A stretch of 64,000 bases of DNA from an uncultured Candidatus Binatia bacterium (lineage in GTDB: Bacteria > Desulfobacterota > Binatia > UBA9968 > JAJDTQ01): assembly GCA_965214905.1 (NCBI GenBank), contig OZ243984.1, positions 2,006,003-2,070,002 on the forward strand. Reading direction: 5' to 3'. Shown one piece after another: positions 8,877 to 20,086 of this stretch. The stretch's first letter is position 1. Every line of letters begins with the position of its first letter. A program made the position numbers and the translations under genes. Below the pieces are notes generated by a model. That model was not told the DNA's origin. It saw only the letters and a list, made by a program, of their open reading frames with translations, and did not search any database.

Positions 8877-9653
8877 ATGGGAGGCGGGTCCGCATGGGGC
8901 AGGGTGATGGCGGTCTATCACCTGAAGGGTGGCGTCGGAAAGACCGCTACCGCCGTCAACCTGGCCTATCTCAGCGCGGCGTCCGGACTCAGGACCCTGA
9001 TTTGCGACCTCGACCCGCAGAGTTCGGCGACCTACTACTTTCGCGTAGAGCCCAGGCTCAAAAAGGCCAGGAAAGTCTACCTCAAGGGACGCGCGAGGGT
9101 CTCCGACAACATCAAGGGAACCGACTACGACCGTCTCGATCTGTTGCCGGCGGACTGGTCGCACCGACATCTGGCGTCCGCGCTGGGCCACGTCAAGCGC
9201 TCCACGAAACGGTTGCAAGAGATACTCGCTCCGTTCCGCGGCGAGTATGACCTGATCGTGCTGGACAGCCCTGCAACCGTGACATTGCTGGCCGAGAGCA
9301 TCTTCGTTGCGGCGGACCTGCTTCTGGTACCGGTGGTTCCGTCAACGCTGGCGGCCCGCGCCCATTCCAACCTGCGAGTCTTCATCAGGCGCAAGGGGTA
9401 CGACGAAGACAAGATATGGGCCTTCTTCTCCATGGTGGAAGCGCGCAAGAAGATGCACCGGGAGACCATGGCCGCCATGAAGGAGCAGTTTCCGAGGTGG
9501 TTGCGCGCCGTGATCCCGTACGCTGCGGACGTCGAGAGCATGGGTCTGGCGCGGGCGCCGCTTCCGGCCTTCCTTCCTGCCGGCCCCGCGACGAAGCGCT
9601 ATCGTGAGCTGTGGGAGGAGCTGGCCGGACTGATGCGCCCCGGACCGGTGTAG
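8877..9653 (+). CDS. Orphan ParA/MinD-like P-loop ATPase
   Basis: Deviant Walker A KGGVGKT, DLDPQ and DSPA motifs. No ParB-like partner nearby. Start could also be 8907. Confidence 0.8.
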   Translation: MGGGSAWGRVMAVYHLKGGVGKTATAVNLAYLSAASGLRTLICDLDPQSSATYYFRVEPRLKKARKVYLKGRARVSDNIKGTDYDRLDLLPADWSHRHLASALGHVKRSTKRLQEILAPFRGEYDLIVLDSPATVTLLAESIFVAADLLLVPVVPSTLAARAHSNLRVFIRRKGYDEDKIWAFFSMVEARKKMHRETMAAMKEQFPRWLRAVIPYAADVESMGLARAPLPAFLPAGPATKRYRELWEELAGLMRPGPV

Positions 9654-9742
9654 CCCCGGACCGTGCCGGTCGGATGGCACAGTGTAATCCGACCGGCACG
9701 GCCTGATCAACGCTGTGGGATTACGCTTCGCGGACAGACGAA

Positions 9743-11311
9743 ATGACGGCGCTTTCAACCCCATCGAGAATCTCGGAGTTGACGTTCGAGATTCCCCAGG
9801 GCCGACCCGGCCAACGGTTGGTTCGTGAGTTGTGCCAACGGTACGAGCTTCACGAAGGCTCTCGGCGCCGTCGGGAAACCGTCTATCTCGACACTTTCGA
9901 CGGGCGGCTCTTTGCCCGGTCGCGGGCTCTGTGGAGTTCCGACGGGGTGCTTCATCTCGAGCGTCCGGACCGGCCGGGTCCGCAGGACCGCATGGGGCCG
10001 GAGGGTCTTCCGGTGTTCGCCCACGGTCTGCCGCCGGGGGAACTGAGGGACGAGCTGCTGCCGCTGACCAGGAACCGGGCGCTGCTCAGGCTCTATTCGG
10101 TACGGTCGGAGGTCAGGACCTGGAGCCGGTGGAATCGCGACCAGAAGACCGTTCTTCGCGTCTCGTTGAGCGACGACGAAGTGTCGGACGGGAAGCGAAC
10201 GGCACGGCTGGACCCGTGCGTCGTGGTCGGGCAGGTACGGGGCTACAGGAAGATCTTCCGGGAAGTTTGTGAGTGGTGGGAGAAGCGGGCTGCGCGCGCC
10301 GACGGCGGCGCCCGCTATCGTAGGGCGATCGAGGCCCTGGGCCTGGATCCGCGGCGCACGGCGTCCATGCCCAGGGTGACGATCAATGCCTCCATGACCG
10401 CCGCCGATGCCGTGCGCTCCATGATTCGCGGCCAGTACCAGGTGGTTCGCGGCAACGAGGAGGGTGTCCTCAACGACACCGACACCGAGTTCCTGCACGA
10501 CTTCCGGGTTGCGGTCCGGCGCGCCCGGTCCTTTCTGGGACAACTCCGGGACGTCTTTGCGCCGGAGCCGGCGGCCAGGCTCAGGAAGAGTCTGTCATGG
10601 CTGGGCAAATCCACCAACGTGTTGAGAGATCTGGACGTGTATCTGCTTGAGCAGGCCGACTACCGGCGCATGCTCACGGGCGCCCTGGCGGAGGACATGA
10701 TGCCGCTGTTCGAGTTTGCCGCGCGGGAGCGGGAAGCAGCCCAGCGCGCGCTGGTGGAGGTCATGGCTTCCGGCGACTATGACCGCGCGCTGCAGCGGTG
10801 GCGCTCATGCGTCGAGGACGAAACCGGCCTCGGCGTCGGGCCGCGAGGCGCGGAGCCCATTCTGTCGCTGGCGGGGGCGCGCGTGGCGAAGAAGTGCCGG
10901 GCCGTCCTGGAGCAGGGGTTTCGGCTCCGGGAAAGAACGGATGCCGCCGCCTTCCACTCCCTTCGGATCGAGTGCAAGCAACTCCGTTACCTCATGGAGA
11001 TCCTTGCGGATCCGATGCCCGAAGCCAGGAGCTGCGTACAGCGCTTGAAGAAGCTCCAGGACGCCCTGGGCAGGATCCAGGATCTCACGGTGCACGGGGC
11101 CCGGACCCAGGACTTCGCTCAGGCCATGTCCGTTGCCGGGGACGGCCGGTCGCTGCCTGCCGTCGAGGTGCTGGTGTCGCGCATGCGGGTGGAGAGGGAT
11201 CGGCAATGCGCCAAGGTGCCGGAGTTGTTCGACCAGTTCAGTCGGAGCCTTCGCAAAACCGAGCCCCCCTACGTGATCCTGCTGCCGTGGCTTCGGCGGC
11301 TCCAGGTCTAG
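9743..11311 (+). CDS. CHAD domain protein with N-terminal CYTH-like domain (522 aa)
   Basis: HDFRVAVRRARSFL and LRIECKQLRY conserved-histidine helical (CHAD) motifs in the C-terminal two-thirds. N-terminal about 190 aa is CYTH-like with ELTFEI at the N-terminus (ExExK degenerate). Domain architecture as in E. coli YgiF. Confidence 0.7.
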   Translation: MTALSTPSRISELTFEIPQGRPGQRLVRELCQRYELHEGSRRRRETVYLDTFDGRLFARSRALWSSDGVLHLERPDRPGPQDRMGPEGLPVFAHGLPPGELRDELLPLTRNRALLRLYSVRSEVRTWSRWNRDQKTVLRVSLSDDEVSDGKRTARLDPCVVVGQVRGYRKIFREVCEWWEKRAARADGGARYRRAIEALGLDPRRTASMPRVTINASMTAADAVRSMIRGQYQVVRGNEEGVLNDTDTEFLHDFRVAVRRARSFLGQLRDVFAPEPAARLRKSLSWLGKSTNVLRDLDVYLLEQADYRRMLTGALAEDMMPLFEFAAREREAAQRALVEVMASGDYDRALQRWRSCVEDETGLGVGPRGAEPILSLAGARVAKKCRAVLEQGFRLRERTDAAAFHSLRIECKQLRYLMEILADPMPEARSCVQRLKKLQDALGRIQDLTVHGARTQDFAQAMSVAGDGRSLPAVEVLVSRMRVERDRQCAKVPELFDQFSRSLRKTEPPYVILLPWLRRLQV

Positions 11312-11556
11312 GGCATGATTTGACCGTTTCTCCACAGCTCATATTCACTAATATCCATATCGCTGTTCCATACCAGGGCGTAACCGCCTTGCCCTACCTG
11401 AACGGACTTGAATAAAGCGGGGTTTCTCAGAGGAGCAAACATTTCCTTTTTCAGCAATGGAGCAACGTCATATTTTCGTTTTTGAGCATTATCAAACTCG
11501 ACCAGAAGAGTATGATCGTCAATGGTTTCGACGGATCGTATTTTGGGATACGGCAT
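11308..11556 (-). CDS. DUF2442-family small protein (82 aa)
   Basis: MPYPKIRSVETIDDHTLLVEFDNAQKRKYDV..LWRNGQIMP. The upstream part of the six-frame ORF is Arg-rich junk. Abuts the ppgK stop. Confidence 0.5.
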   Translation of the reverse strand: MPYPKIRSVETIDDHTLLVEFDNAQKRKYDVAPLLKKEMFAPLRNPALFKSVQVGQGGYALVWNSDMDISEYELWRNGQIMP

Positions 11557-11558
11557 CA

Positions 11559-12311
11559 CTAGCGCCGCGGGAACATGGCCGCGCCGATGATGCCGGCGGC
11601 GTTGCCGAGGCGTGCGGCTTCCACCCGGCAGCCGACGTCCTGGAGGTAAGGGAAGAACTTCTCGGGTTTCTTGCTGACCCCTCCGCCGATGATGAACAGA
11701 TCGACGCCGAGCAGGTACTCCACGTGGACGAGGTAGTCGTTGAGCCGCTTCGCCCACTTCTTCCAACTCAAGCGCCGGTTCGTGCGGATGCTGGCGGCGG
11801 CTCGCTTCTCCGCCGCCTTGCCGCGCATTTCGAGATGGCCCAGCTCGGTGTCGGGCAGGAGGACGCCGTCACGGAAGACCGCGGATCCGATGCCGGTTCC
11901 CAGAGTGATCACCAGCACGGTTCCGGTCACGCCCTGGCCGGCGCCGAACCGGAACTCGGCCAGTCCCGCGGCGTCGGCATCGTTGCCGATGGCCACCAGC
12001 GGCGCCCCCAATCGGGCCCGGAGCTGGTCGGTCAGGTCATAGCCGATCCAGGATGAATCGAGATTCGGCGCCCGCTGAACCCGGCCGCTCTTCACCAGGC
12101 CCGGAAAGCCGCAACCCACCGCTCCCTGCCATTGCAGTTGTCGCTGCAGTTCCTCGACGGCCTCCATCACCGCCGCCGGCGTCGCCGGTTGGGGCGTGGG
12201 CAGCCGTACACGTTCCGTCGTCATCCGTCCGGTTCGGGTGTCCACCAGCGCCGCCTTGACTCCGGTGCCGCCGATGTCGATGCCCATGACCCTGTTTTCC
12301 TCGATCATCAT
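11559..12311 (-). CDS. ppgK: ROK-family polyphosphate glucokinase
   Basis: GIDIGGTGVKAALVD N-terminal ATP site; ROK sugar-kinase body of about 250 aa. The six-frame ORF extends spuriously upstream; start placed at MMIEEN, which carries a GAGGAG RBS (12287 possible). Confidence 0.7.
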   Translation of the reverse strand: MMIEENRVMGIDIGGTGVKAALVDTRTGRMTTERVRLPTPQPATPAAVMEAVEELQRQLQWQGAVGCGFPGLVKSGRVQRAPNLDSSWIGYDLTDQLRARLGAPLVAIGNDADAAGLAEFRFGAGQGVTGTVLVITLGTGIGSAVFRDGVLLPDTELGHLEMRGKAAEKRAAASIRTNRRLSWKKWAKRLNDYLVHVEYLLGVDLFIIGGGVSKKPEKFFPYLQDVGCRVEAARLGNAAGIIGAAMFPRR

Positions 12312-12407
12312 CTCCTCGGTTGCTATCCATGCAGTCGTTAATCGTCTATCATCATCGAAGCATACGTGGAATTCAACACCCGCGCTGTGCGGCCCAGGGC
12401 TTTTCGT

Positions 12408-14390
12408 ATGCTCAACGTTCTCACGAGTCTCGTGACCGTCCTGGCCCTTACGGTGGCCACGGTCTTTACCTTCCACAAGCTGAGGCTCCCCACGGTCATC
12501 GGCTTTCTGGCGGTGGGCGTCGCCATGGGACCCCACGGCTTCGGCGTCATCGGCCATGGCGCCGAGATCGAGATGTTGGCGGAGATCGGCATCGTCTTGC
12601 TGCTCTTCTCCATCGGCCTGGAATTCTCCTTCGAGCGGTTCCTTTCGGTGAAGGGATTGATCATCGCGGGAGGATCCCTGCAGGTGGCCCTGACCGCCCT
12701 GGCGGTGACGGCGGCCGGCGTCCACTTGGGCTATCCCCTCCGGATCAGCTTCTTCTTCGGCATGCTCGCGTCCCTCAGCAGCACGGCCATCGTGCTCAAG
12801 ATCTACAGCGACCGCGGCGAGCTGTCGGCCCTTCACGGCCGTCTCGCGGTGGGCACGCTGCTGCTGCAGGACATCATCGCCGTGCCCATGATGCTGTCGG
12901 TGCCGGTGCTGGGCGAGACCGAGGCGCTCTCTCTTCGGGTAGTGGGCCTGACGGTGGGAAAGTCCGTGCTGGCGGTGGCCCTCATCTTCACCGCCTCGCG
13001 CTTCGTCGTGCCCTGGTTCCTTCATCAGGTGGCGCGGCTGCGGAACCAGGAGATCTTCGTTCTGTTCGTGCTGCTCATCTGTCTCGGCACCGCCTGGCTG
13101 GCCTTCCAGTCCGGCATCTCGCTGGCGCTGGGGGCGTTCGTGGCCGGTCTCCTGATATCGGATTCGGAGTACAGCCATCAGGTGATCGCCGATATCCACC
13201 CGTTGCGGGACAGTTTTGCGGGCATCTTCTTCATCTCCATCGGGATGCAGGTGGATCTCGCCTTCGTCGGAAACGAGCTTTCCCTGATCGGCGCCGCATG
13301 GCTCCTGCTGGTGCTCATCAAGGGGGGCCTGATCACCGCCATCTTTTCGTTCTTGCAGCGTTCGTTCCGGCTTGGACTGATGCTGGGTCTGGCGCTGGCC
13401 CAGGTGGGCGAATTCTCGCTCATCCTGGCCCGCATGGGGGGCGCGTTCGAGCTCCTCTCGCCGGATCAGGAACAGATCTTTCTCGCCACTTCGATTGTCA
13501 GCATGCTGGCAACCCCTCTGCTGGTCCTCGGCGGAGGCCGGCTGGGGTTCGCGTTGCACCGCGGCGCCGCGGCCGAAGGGCCGGCCGCCGATGATATGAC
13601 CGGGCATGTCCTCATCGTGGGCTACGGGCTCAACGGGAGGAACCTGGCTCGGGTCCTGCGGGAGGTGGACATCCCGCACAGGATACTGGACCTCGACCCG
13701 GAGGTGGCGCGACGGGTGCGAAACGAGGGGGAAACCATCGATTTCGGCGACGCCACCCGTCCGTCGGTGCTCGCGGGAATGGGCGTGGCGCGGGCGCGCG
13801 TCATGGTCGTGGCCATCAGCGACCCCATGGCCACGTCGCGCATCGTCTGGCACGCGCGGCGGTTGAATCCCGATCTCTACGTCGTTGTCCGCACGCGGTA
13901 CGTGACCGAGATCCCTCGCCTCACCCGCCTTGGCGCCAACGAGGTCATACCGGAGGAGTTCGAAACCTCGGTGGAGATCTTCGCGCGGGTCCTGCAGGAG
14001 TACCACGTGCCGCGCAACGTCATCAGCCTGCAGGTGGAGATGGTGCGCAGGGAAGGCTACAGCATGTTGCGCGGCCTGAGATTGGAGGGCAAGAGTCTGG
14101 CCCGGTTCAGCCAGTTTCTCACCGGCGCCACGGCCGATACGTTCCTGGTGCAGCAGGATGCCCCTGGGGCGCACTATACCATCGGGGAGCTGAAGGACCA
14201 CTTTCAGGGCAGGACCAGCGTCCTGGCGCTGGTCCGGGAGGGGGTGTCGGTGGAGAGTCCGCCCATGGACTACCCGCTAAGGCCGGGCGACATCCTGGTG
14301 CTGCTCGGGAGCCACGCGGACCTGGACCGGGCGGTGCAACTTCTCACGGCCCCGATCCCGGATGAGGAGACCTGGCCGCCGGCGCCGTAG
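12408..14390 (+). CDS. CPA2 monovalent cation:proton antiporter (KefB/KefC-like) with RCK (TrkA-N) and TrkA-C domains
   Basis: 12 TM Na+/H+ exchanger core. VLIVGYGLNGRNLARVL Rossmann motif and a C-terminal TrkA-C beta-domain. Confidence 0.8.
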   Translation: MLNVLTSLVTVLALTVATVFTFHKLRLPTVIGFLAVGVAMGPHGFGVIGHGAEIEMLAEIGIVLLLFSIGLEFSFERFLSVKGLIIAGGSLQVALTALAVTAAGVHLGYPLRISFFFGMLASLSSTAIVLKIYSDRGELSALHGRLAVGTLLLQDIIAVPMMLSVPVLGETEALSLRVVGLTVGKSVLAVALIFTASRFVVPWFLHQVARLRNQEIFVLFVLLICLGTAWLAFQSGISLALGAFVAGLLISDSEYSHQVIADIHPLRDSFAGIFFISIGMQVDLAFVGNELSLIGAAWLLLVLIKGGLITAIFSFLQRSFRLGLMLGLALAQVGEFSLILARMGGAFELLSPDQEQIFLATSIVSMLATPLLVLGGGRLGFALHRGAAAEGPAADDMTGHVLIVGYGLNGRNLARVLREVDIPHRILDLDPEVARRVRNEGETIDFGDATRPSVLAGMGVARARVMVVAISDPMATSRIVWHARRLNPDLYVVVRTRYVTEIPRLTRLGANEVIPEEFETSVEIFARVLQEYHVPRNVISLQVEMVRREGYSMLRGLRLEGKSLARFSQFLTGATADTFLVQQDAPGAHYTIGELKDHFQGRTSVLALVREGVSVESPPMDYPLRPGDILVLLGSHADLDRAVQLLTAPIPDEETWPPAP

Positions 14391-14403
14391 AACAGAGACA
14401 AAC

Positions 14404-14438
14404 GGGGCAGGGGCGGGTTTCAAACCCGCCCCTGCCCC
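14404..14438. repeat. Family A perfect palindrome GGGGCAGGGGCGGGTTTCAAACCCGCCCCTGCCCC (17-bp stem)
   Basis: Sits between convergent kefB-like and glnA genes and is a likely bidirectional terminator hairpin. Related copies at 5250-5282, 17941-18020, 22589-22614, 23664-23758 and 33508-33538. Confidence 0.8.
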
Positions 14439-14520
14439 TCACTCTTGTCTCCTTGTCTCGCCGTGGATTCCCGACTATCCGGACACGACACGAGCGGCCC
14501 GTACCGGCCGATACGGGCGG

Positions 14521-15936
14521 CTAGATGTCGTAGTAAAGGGCGAACTCGTAGGGATGGGGCCTGAGCCTCATGGGCTCCACCTCGTTGGTCCGCTTGTAGT
14601 CCAGCCACGCCTCGACCACGTCCTTGGTGAAGACGTCGCCCTTGAAGAGAAAGGCGTTGTCCCGCTCCAAGGCGTCGAGCGACTCATCGAGGCTGCCGGG
14701 CAGCGAATCCACCTTGGCCGCTTCCTCCGGTGCGAGGTCGTAGAGGTTCTTGTCCAGCGGCTTGGGCGGCTCGATCTTGTTGGCGACGCCGTCGAGACCC
14801 GCCATCAGCATGGCCGCGAAGGCGTAGTAGGGGTTGCAGCTCGGGTCCGGGCTGCGGAACTCGAGGCGCCTGGCCTTCTCGCTGGTGGAGTAGGTCGGAA
14901 TGCGCACGGCCGCGCTTCGGTTACGCTGGGAATACATGAGGTTGATGGGGGCTTCGTAGCCCGGCACCAGCCGGCGGTAGGAGTTGGTGGTGGGGGCGAT
15001 GAAGGCGCACAACGCCGCCGCGTGCTTCAAGAGCCCGCCGATGTAGTACCGCGCGGCGTCGCTCAGCAGGGCGTAGTTCCTGGCGTCGTAGAACACGTTC
15101 TTCTGGTTCTTCCAAAGGCTCTGATGGGTGTGCATGCCCGAGCCGTTGTCCTGGAAGATCGGCTTCGGCATCATGGTGACGGTCTTGCCGTTGCGCAACC
15201 CGACGTTCTTGACGATGTATTTGTACTTGAGCACCTGGTCCGCCATGGCCGTCAGGGTGGTGAATCGCATGTCGATTTCCGACTGGCCGGCGGTGCCCAC
15301 CTCGTGGTGATGGACCTCGCACACGATGCCGCAGGACTCCAGCGTCTTGACCATCTCGGAACGGATATCCTGCATGCTGTCCATCGGCGGGACCGGGAAG
15401 TAGCCCTCCTTGTACCGCGGCTTGTAGCCCAGGTTCTGCTTGTCGCCGTTGCCCGAGTTCCAGAAGCCCTCGTTGGAGTCGATGTAGTAGAATCCGTAGT
15501 TGTAGCTCTGGTCGAAGCGGATGTTGTCGAGGATGTAGAACTCGATCTCCGGACCCCAGTAGCTCGTGTCCGCGATGCCGGTGGACTTGAGGTACAGTTC
15601 CGCCTTCTGCGCCACGTAACGCGGGTCCCTGCTGTAGGGCTGGCCGGTCAGGGGATCCTTGATGTTGCACACGAGATTCAACGTCGGCAGCGACGTGAAG
15701 GGGTCCATGAAAGCGGTGTCGGGGTCGGGGAACAGCAGCATGTCCGATTCGTCGATGGTCTGGAAACCACGGATGCTGGAGCCGTCGAACCCGATACCGT
15801 TCTGGAACAGGCCGGCGTCGAACTCGTTGGTGGATATGGAGAAATGCTGCCACAATCCGGGCACGTCGGTGAACCTCAAGTCGACGATCTCCGCGTTGTT
15901 CTTCTTGGCAAAGTCGAGCACCTGTTTCACTGTCAT
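14521..15936 (-). CDS. glnA: Glutamine synthetase type I
   Basis: Full-length GSI with conserved ATP and glutamate-binding regions (KPIFQDNGSGMHTHQSLW, NSYRRLVPGYEAP). Confidence 0.9.
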   Translation of the reverse strand: MTVKQVLDFAKKNNAEIVDLRFTDVPGLWQHFSISTNEFDAGLFQNGIGFDGSSIRGFQTIDESDMLLFPDPDTAFMDPFTSLPTLNLVCNIKDPLTGQPYSRDPRYVAQKAELYLKSTGIADTSYWGPEIEFYILDNIRFDQSYNYGFYYIDSNEGFWNSGNGDKQNLGYKPRYKEGYFPVPPMDSMQDIRSEMVKTLESCGIVCEVHHHEVGTAGQSEIDMRFTTLTAMADQVLKYKYIVKNVGLRNGKTVTMMPKPIFQDNGSGMHTHQSLWKNQKNVFYDARNYALLSDAARYYIGGLLKHAAALCAFIAPTTNSYRRLVPGYEAPINLMYSQRNRSAAVRIPTYSTSEKARRLEFRSPDPSCNPYYAFAAMLMAGLDGVANKIEPPKPLDKNLYDLAPEEAAKVDSLPGSLDESLDALERDNAFLFKGDVFTKDVVEAWLDYKRTNEVEPMRLRPHPYEFALYYDI

Positions 15937-16008
15937 GACATTTTCCTTTCAAACCGCGTATTGTCCGAGGCTGTTTGGATACGGACCACTTGAAAAAGCA
16001 GTTAAGAA

Positions 16009-16024
16009 GCAACCTTCATGCCAA
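16009..16024 (-). promoter_or_regulatory. Sigma-54 (-24/-12) promoter candidate for glnA: TGGCAT-N5-TTGC
   Basis: The reverse complement reads TTGGCATGAAGGTTGC with correct GG/GC spacing. Lies about 75 nt upstream of the glnA start. Confidence 0.45.
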
Positions 16025-16187
16025 ACCGAAACGCGCCGATTTGTACCGTAAAGGCCGTCTTCTCCTCTATGGCAGCACGCGGACGTCTTTCCATTTGCAC
16101 AAATTTTGTTCAGGCAGTGCTCAACGATTAGGCAAGAAGTTCAGGTCGGCCGGGCCATCCTTTGTCCGCGGAGAAGATGCCGTCGTG

Positions 16188-17924
16188 TCAGGGCTGTGGT
16201 TGTTCGGCAGGCTGAGAGAACCGCCCGGAGCCGGTAAAGTTCAGGCTGAGGACGATGACGGGGGCCAAGCCCGTGAGCACGATGGCGAGGGCCGCGACAA
16301 CGGCCTGGTCGAACGCTTCGTAAGAGGCGTATTCGTAGACGTGGGTCGCCAGCGTGTCGAAGTTGAAGGGCCGCAGGATCAGCGTCATGGGCAGCTCCTT
16401 CATGGCGTCTACGAAAACCAGCATGGCGCCGGTCAGGAGACTGCCTCTCAGCAACGGAAAATGGATGCGGGCCAGCACCCCTCCGGGACGGTGTCCCAGG
16501 GATCGAGCGGCGGCGTCCATGTCGGGCGTGATCTTGGTCAGGCCGGCTTCCAGCGAGCCGAAGGACAAGGCCAGGAACCGCACCGCGCAGGCGAAGATCA
16601 GGGCGTAGAGCGTGCCGCTGAAGATCAACCCCGTCGCGCTGTTGAAGTGCGTTCTCATGAACCCGTCGATGGCGTTGTCCAGCGCGGCCGCGGGTATCAG
16701 GACCCCTACCGCCAGCACGACACCCGGCACGGTGTAGCCGATGCTCGCCAAGCGCGTGGCGCTCCTGACCAGGGCGGCGCCGGACAGGCGGGAGCCGTAG
16801 GCCAGAAAAAGCCCTCCGCACAGGCAGACCAGCGCCGCCAGGCCGGCTACCGCAAGACTGTTGAAGGCGAGACTCAGCGTGTCGAACCCGGTCGAGGACC
16901 CGTAGCTCCCCACCGCGGAAACGGCCATGAGCCCGGCGGGAATGACGAAACCCAAAGTCAGCGGCGTGGCGCAGGTGAGCAGCGCCAGCATCCCGCGGAC
17001 CCCGCAGAGTCTTGCCAGGGGGCGCCGTCGCGGCGTGGCGTGGCTGAACTGGAAGCGTCGCCGGCCCCGGGCGGTTTTCTCCAGGGCGGCCATCACCAGC
17101 ACCAGCGCCAGCACCATGGATGCCAACTGAGCCGCGGCGGGCGCGTTGTTCATGCCGAACCAGACCCGGTAGACCCCGACCGTCAACGTCTGTACCGCGA
17201 AATAATCCACCGTTCCGAAATCGTTCAGTGTCTCCATCAACGCCAACAGCACGCCGACGGCAATGGCAGGACGGGCCAGCGGCAGGCCCACCCGCATGAA
17301 GCAACCCCAGGTCCCGAGCCCGAGCCCGCGCGCCGCGTCCCAGAGGTTCTGGGACTGTTCGACAAAAGCCGCTCGGGCGAGCAGATAGACGTACGGGTAG
17401 AGAACCAGCGACATGAAGGTCGCGGCGCCGCCGAGGGAGCGAATTTCGGGAAACCAGTAGTCGCCGGGGCGTTGCCAGCCGAACAGCCCACGCAGGCCGG
17501 TCTGTACCGGACCGGCGAACTCGAGCACGTCGGTATAGGTGTACGCGGCGATATACGCGGGCATGGCCAATGGCAGCAACAGCGCCCATTGCAGGACGGA
17601 CCGTCCGGGGAACTCGAACATGGTGATCAGCCAGGCCGTGCTGACGCCGATGATCAGGACACCGGCGCCGACGCCGACGATGAGGCCGAAGGTCTGGTTG
17701 ATGTAGGTGCCGAGAACGGTCGAGGCGAGGTGAGCCCAGGCGTCACCGCTGCTCTCCAGGGCAATGCCCAACACCGCCAGGATCGGGCTGGTGAACAGCG
17801 CCGTCAGCGCCATGACTCCAAGGGTCCAGCCGTCAACCCGTGGAAATCGTGAAAGGGCAGGCATCGCGGGAATCTGCGGCGCCGCGGACGCCGCGCTTGC
17901 GGGGTTGGTCTGCATGTCGTGCAT
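16188..17924 (-). CDS. ABC transporter permease with two fused transmembrane domains (FbpB/ThiP-like)
   Basis: Two repeats of 6-TM ABC permease modules, each with an EAA-like loop. Start uncertain (17924 or 17984). Confidence 0.75.
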   Translation of the reverse strand: MHDMQTNPASAASAAPQIPAMPALSRFPRVDGWTLGVMALTALFTSPILAVLGIALESSGDAWAHLASTVLGTYINQTFGLIVGVGAGVLIIGVSTAWLITMFEFPGRSVLQWALLLPLAMPAYIAAYTYTDVLEFAGPVQTGLRGLFGWQRPGDYWFPEIRSLGGAATFMSLVLYPYVYLLARAAFVEQSQNLWDAARGLGLGTWGCFMRVGLPLARPAIAVGVLLALMETLNDFGTVDYFAVQTLTVGVYRVWFGMNNAPAAAQLASMVLALVLVMAALEKTARGRRRFQFSHATPRRRPLARLCGVRGMLALLTCATPLTLGFVIPAGLMAVSAVGSYGSSTGFDTLSLAFNSLAVAGLAALVCLCGGLFLAYGSRLSGAALVRSATRLASIGYTVPGVVLAVGVLIPAAALDNAIDGFMRTHFNSATGLIFSGTLYALIFACAVRFLALSFGSLEAGLTKITPDMDAAARSLGHRPGGVLARIHFPLLRGSLLTGAMLVFVDAMKELPMTLILRPFNFDTLATHVYEYASYEAFDQAVVAALAIVLTGLAPVIVLSLNFTGSGRFSQPAEQPQP

Positions 17925-17940
17925 CGGCTCGGCTGCGGGA

Positions 17941-18020
17941 GACGGATCGAAACCCGCCGTCCCTTCACGACGCCTTTGCGGCACGCGAAGGGGGGCGGTC
18001 TGAAACCCGTCCCTTCACCA
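17941..18020. repeat. Two degenerate Family A copies (..gaaacccg..cccttcac)
   Basis: gacggatcgaaacccgccgtcccttcacg and gggggcggtctgaaacccgtcccttcacc. Confidence 0.5.
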
Positions 18021-18085
18021 GATGCACGACCCTAGCACAGGAGTTCCTGTTGCTCAAACCATGAAACTTTGATCGCGGGAATTTT

Positions 18086-20086
<2,001 letters not shown>

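Noticed and set aside
14362-16012. Long ORFs (14362..15993 +, 14921..16012 -) overlapping glnA
   Set aside because: glnA in the third frame on the - strand is unambiguous; the others are frame artefacts.
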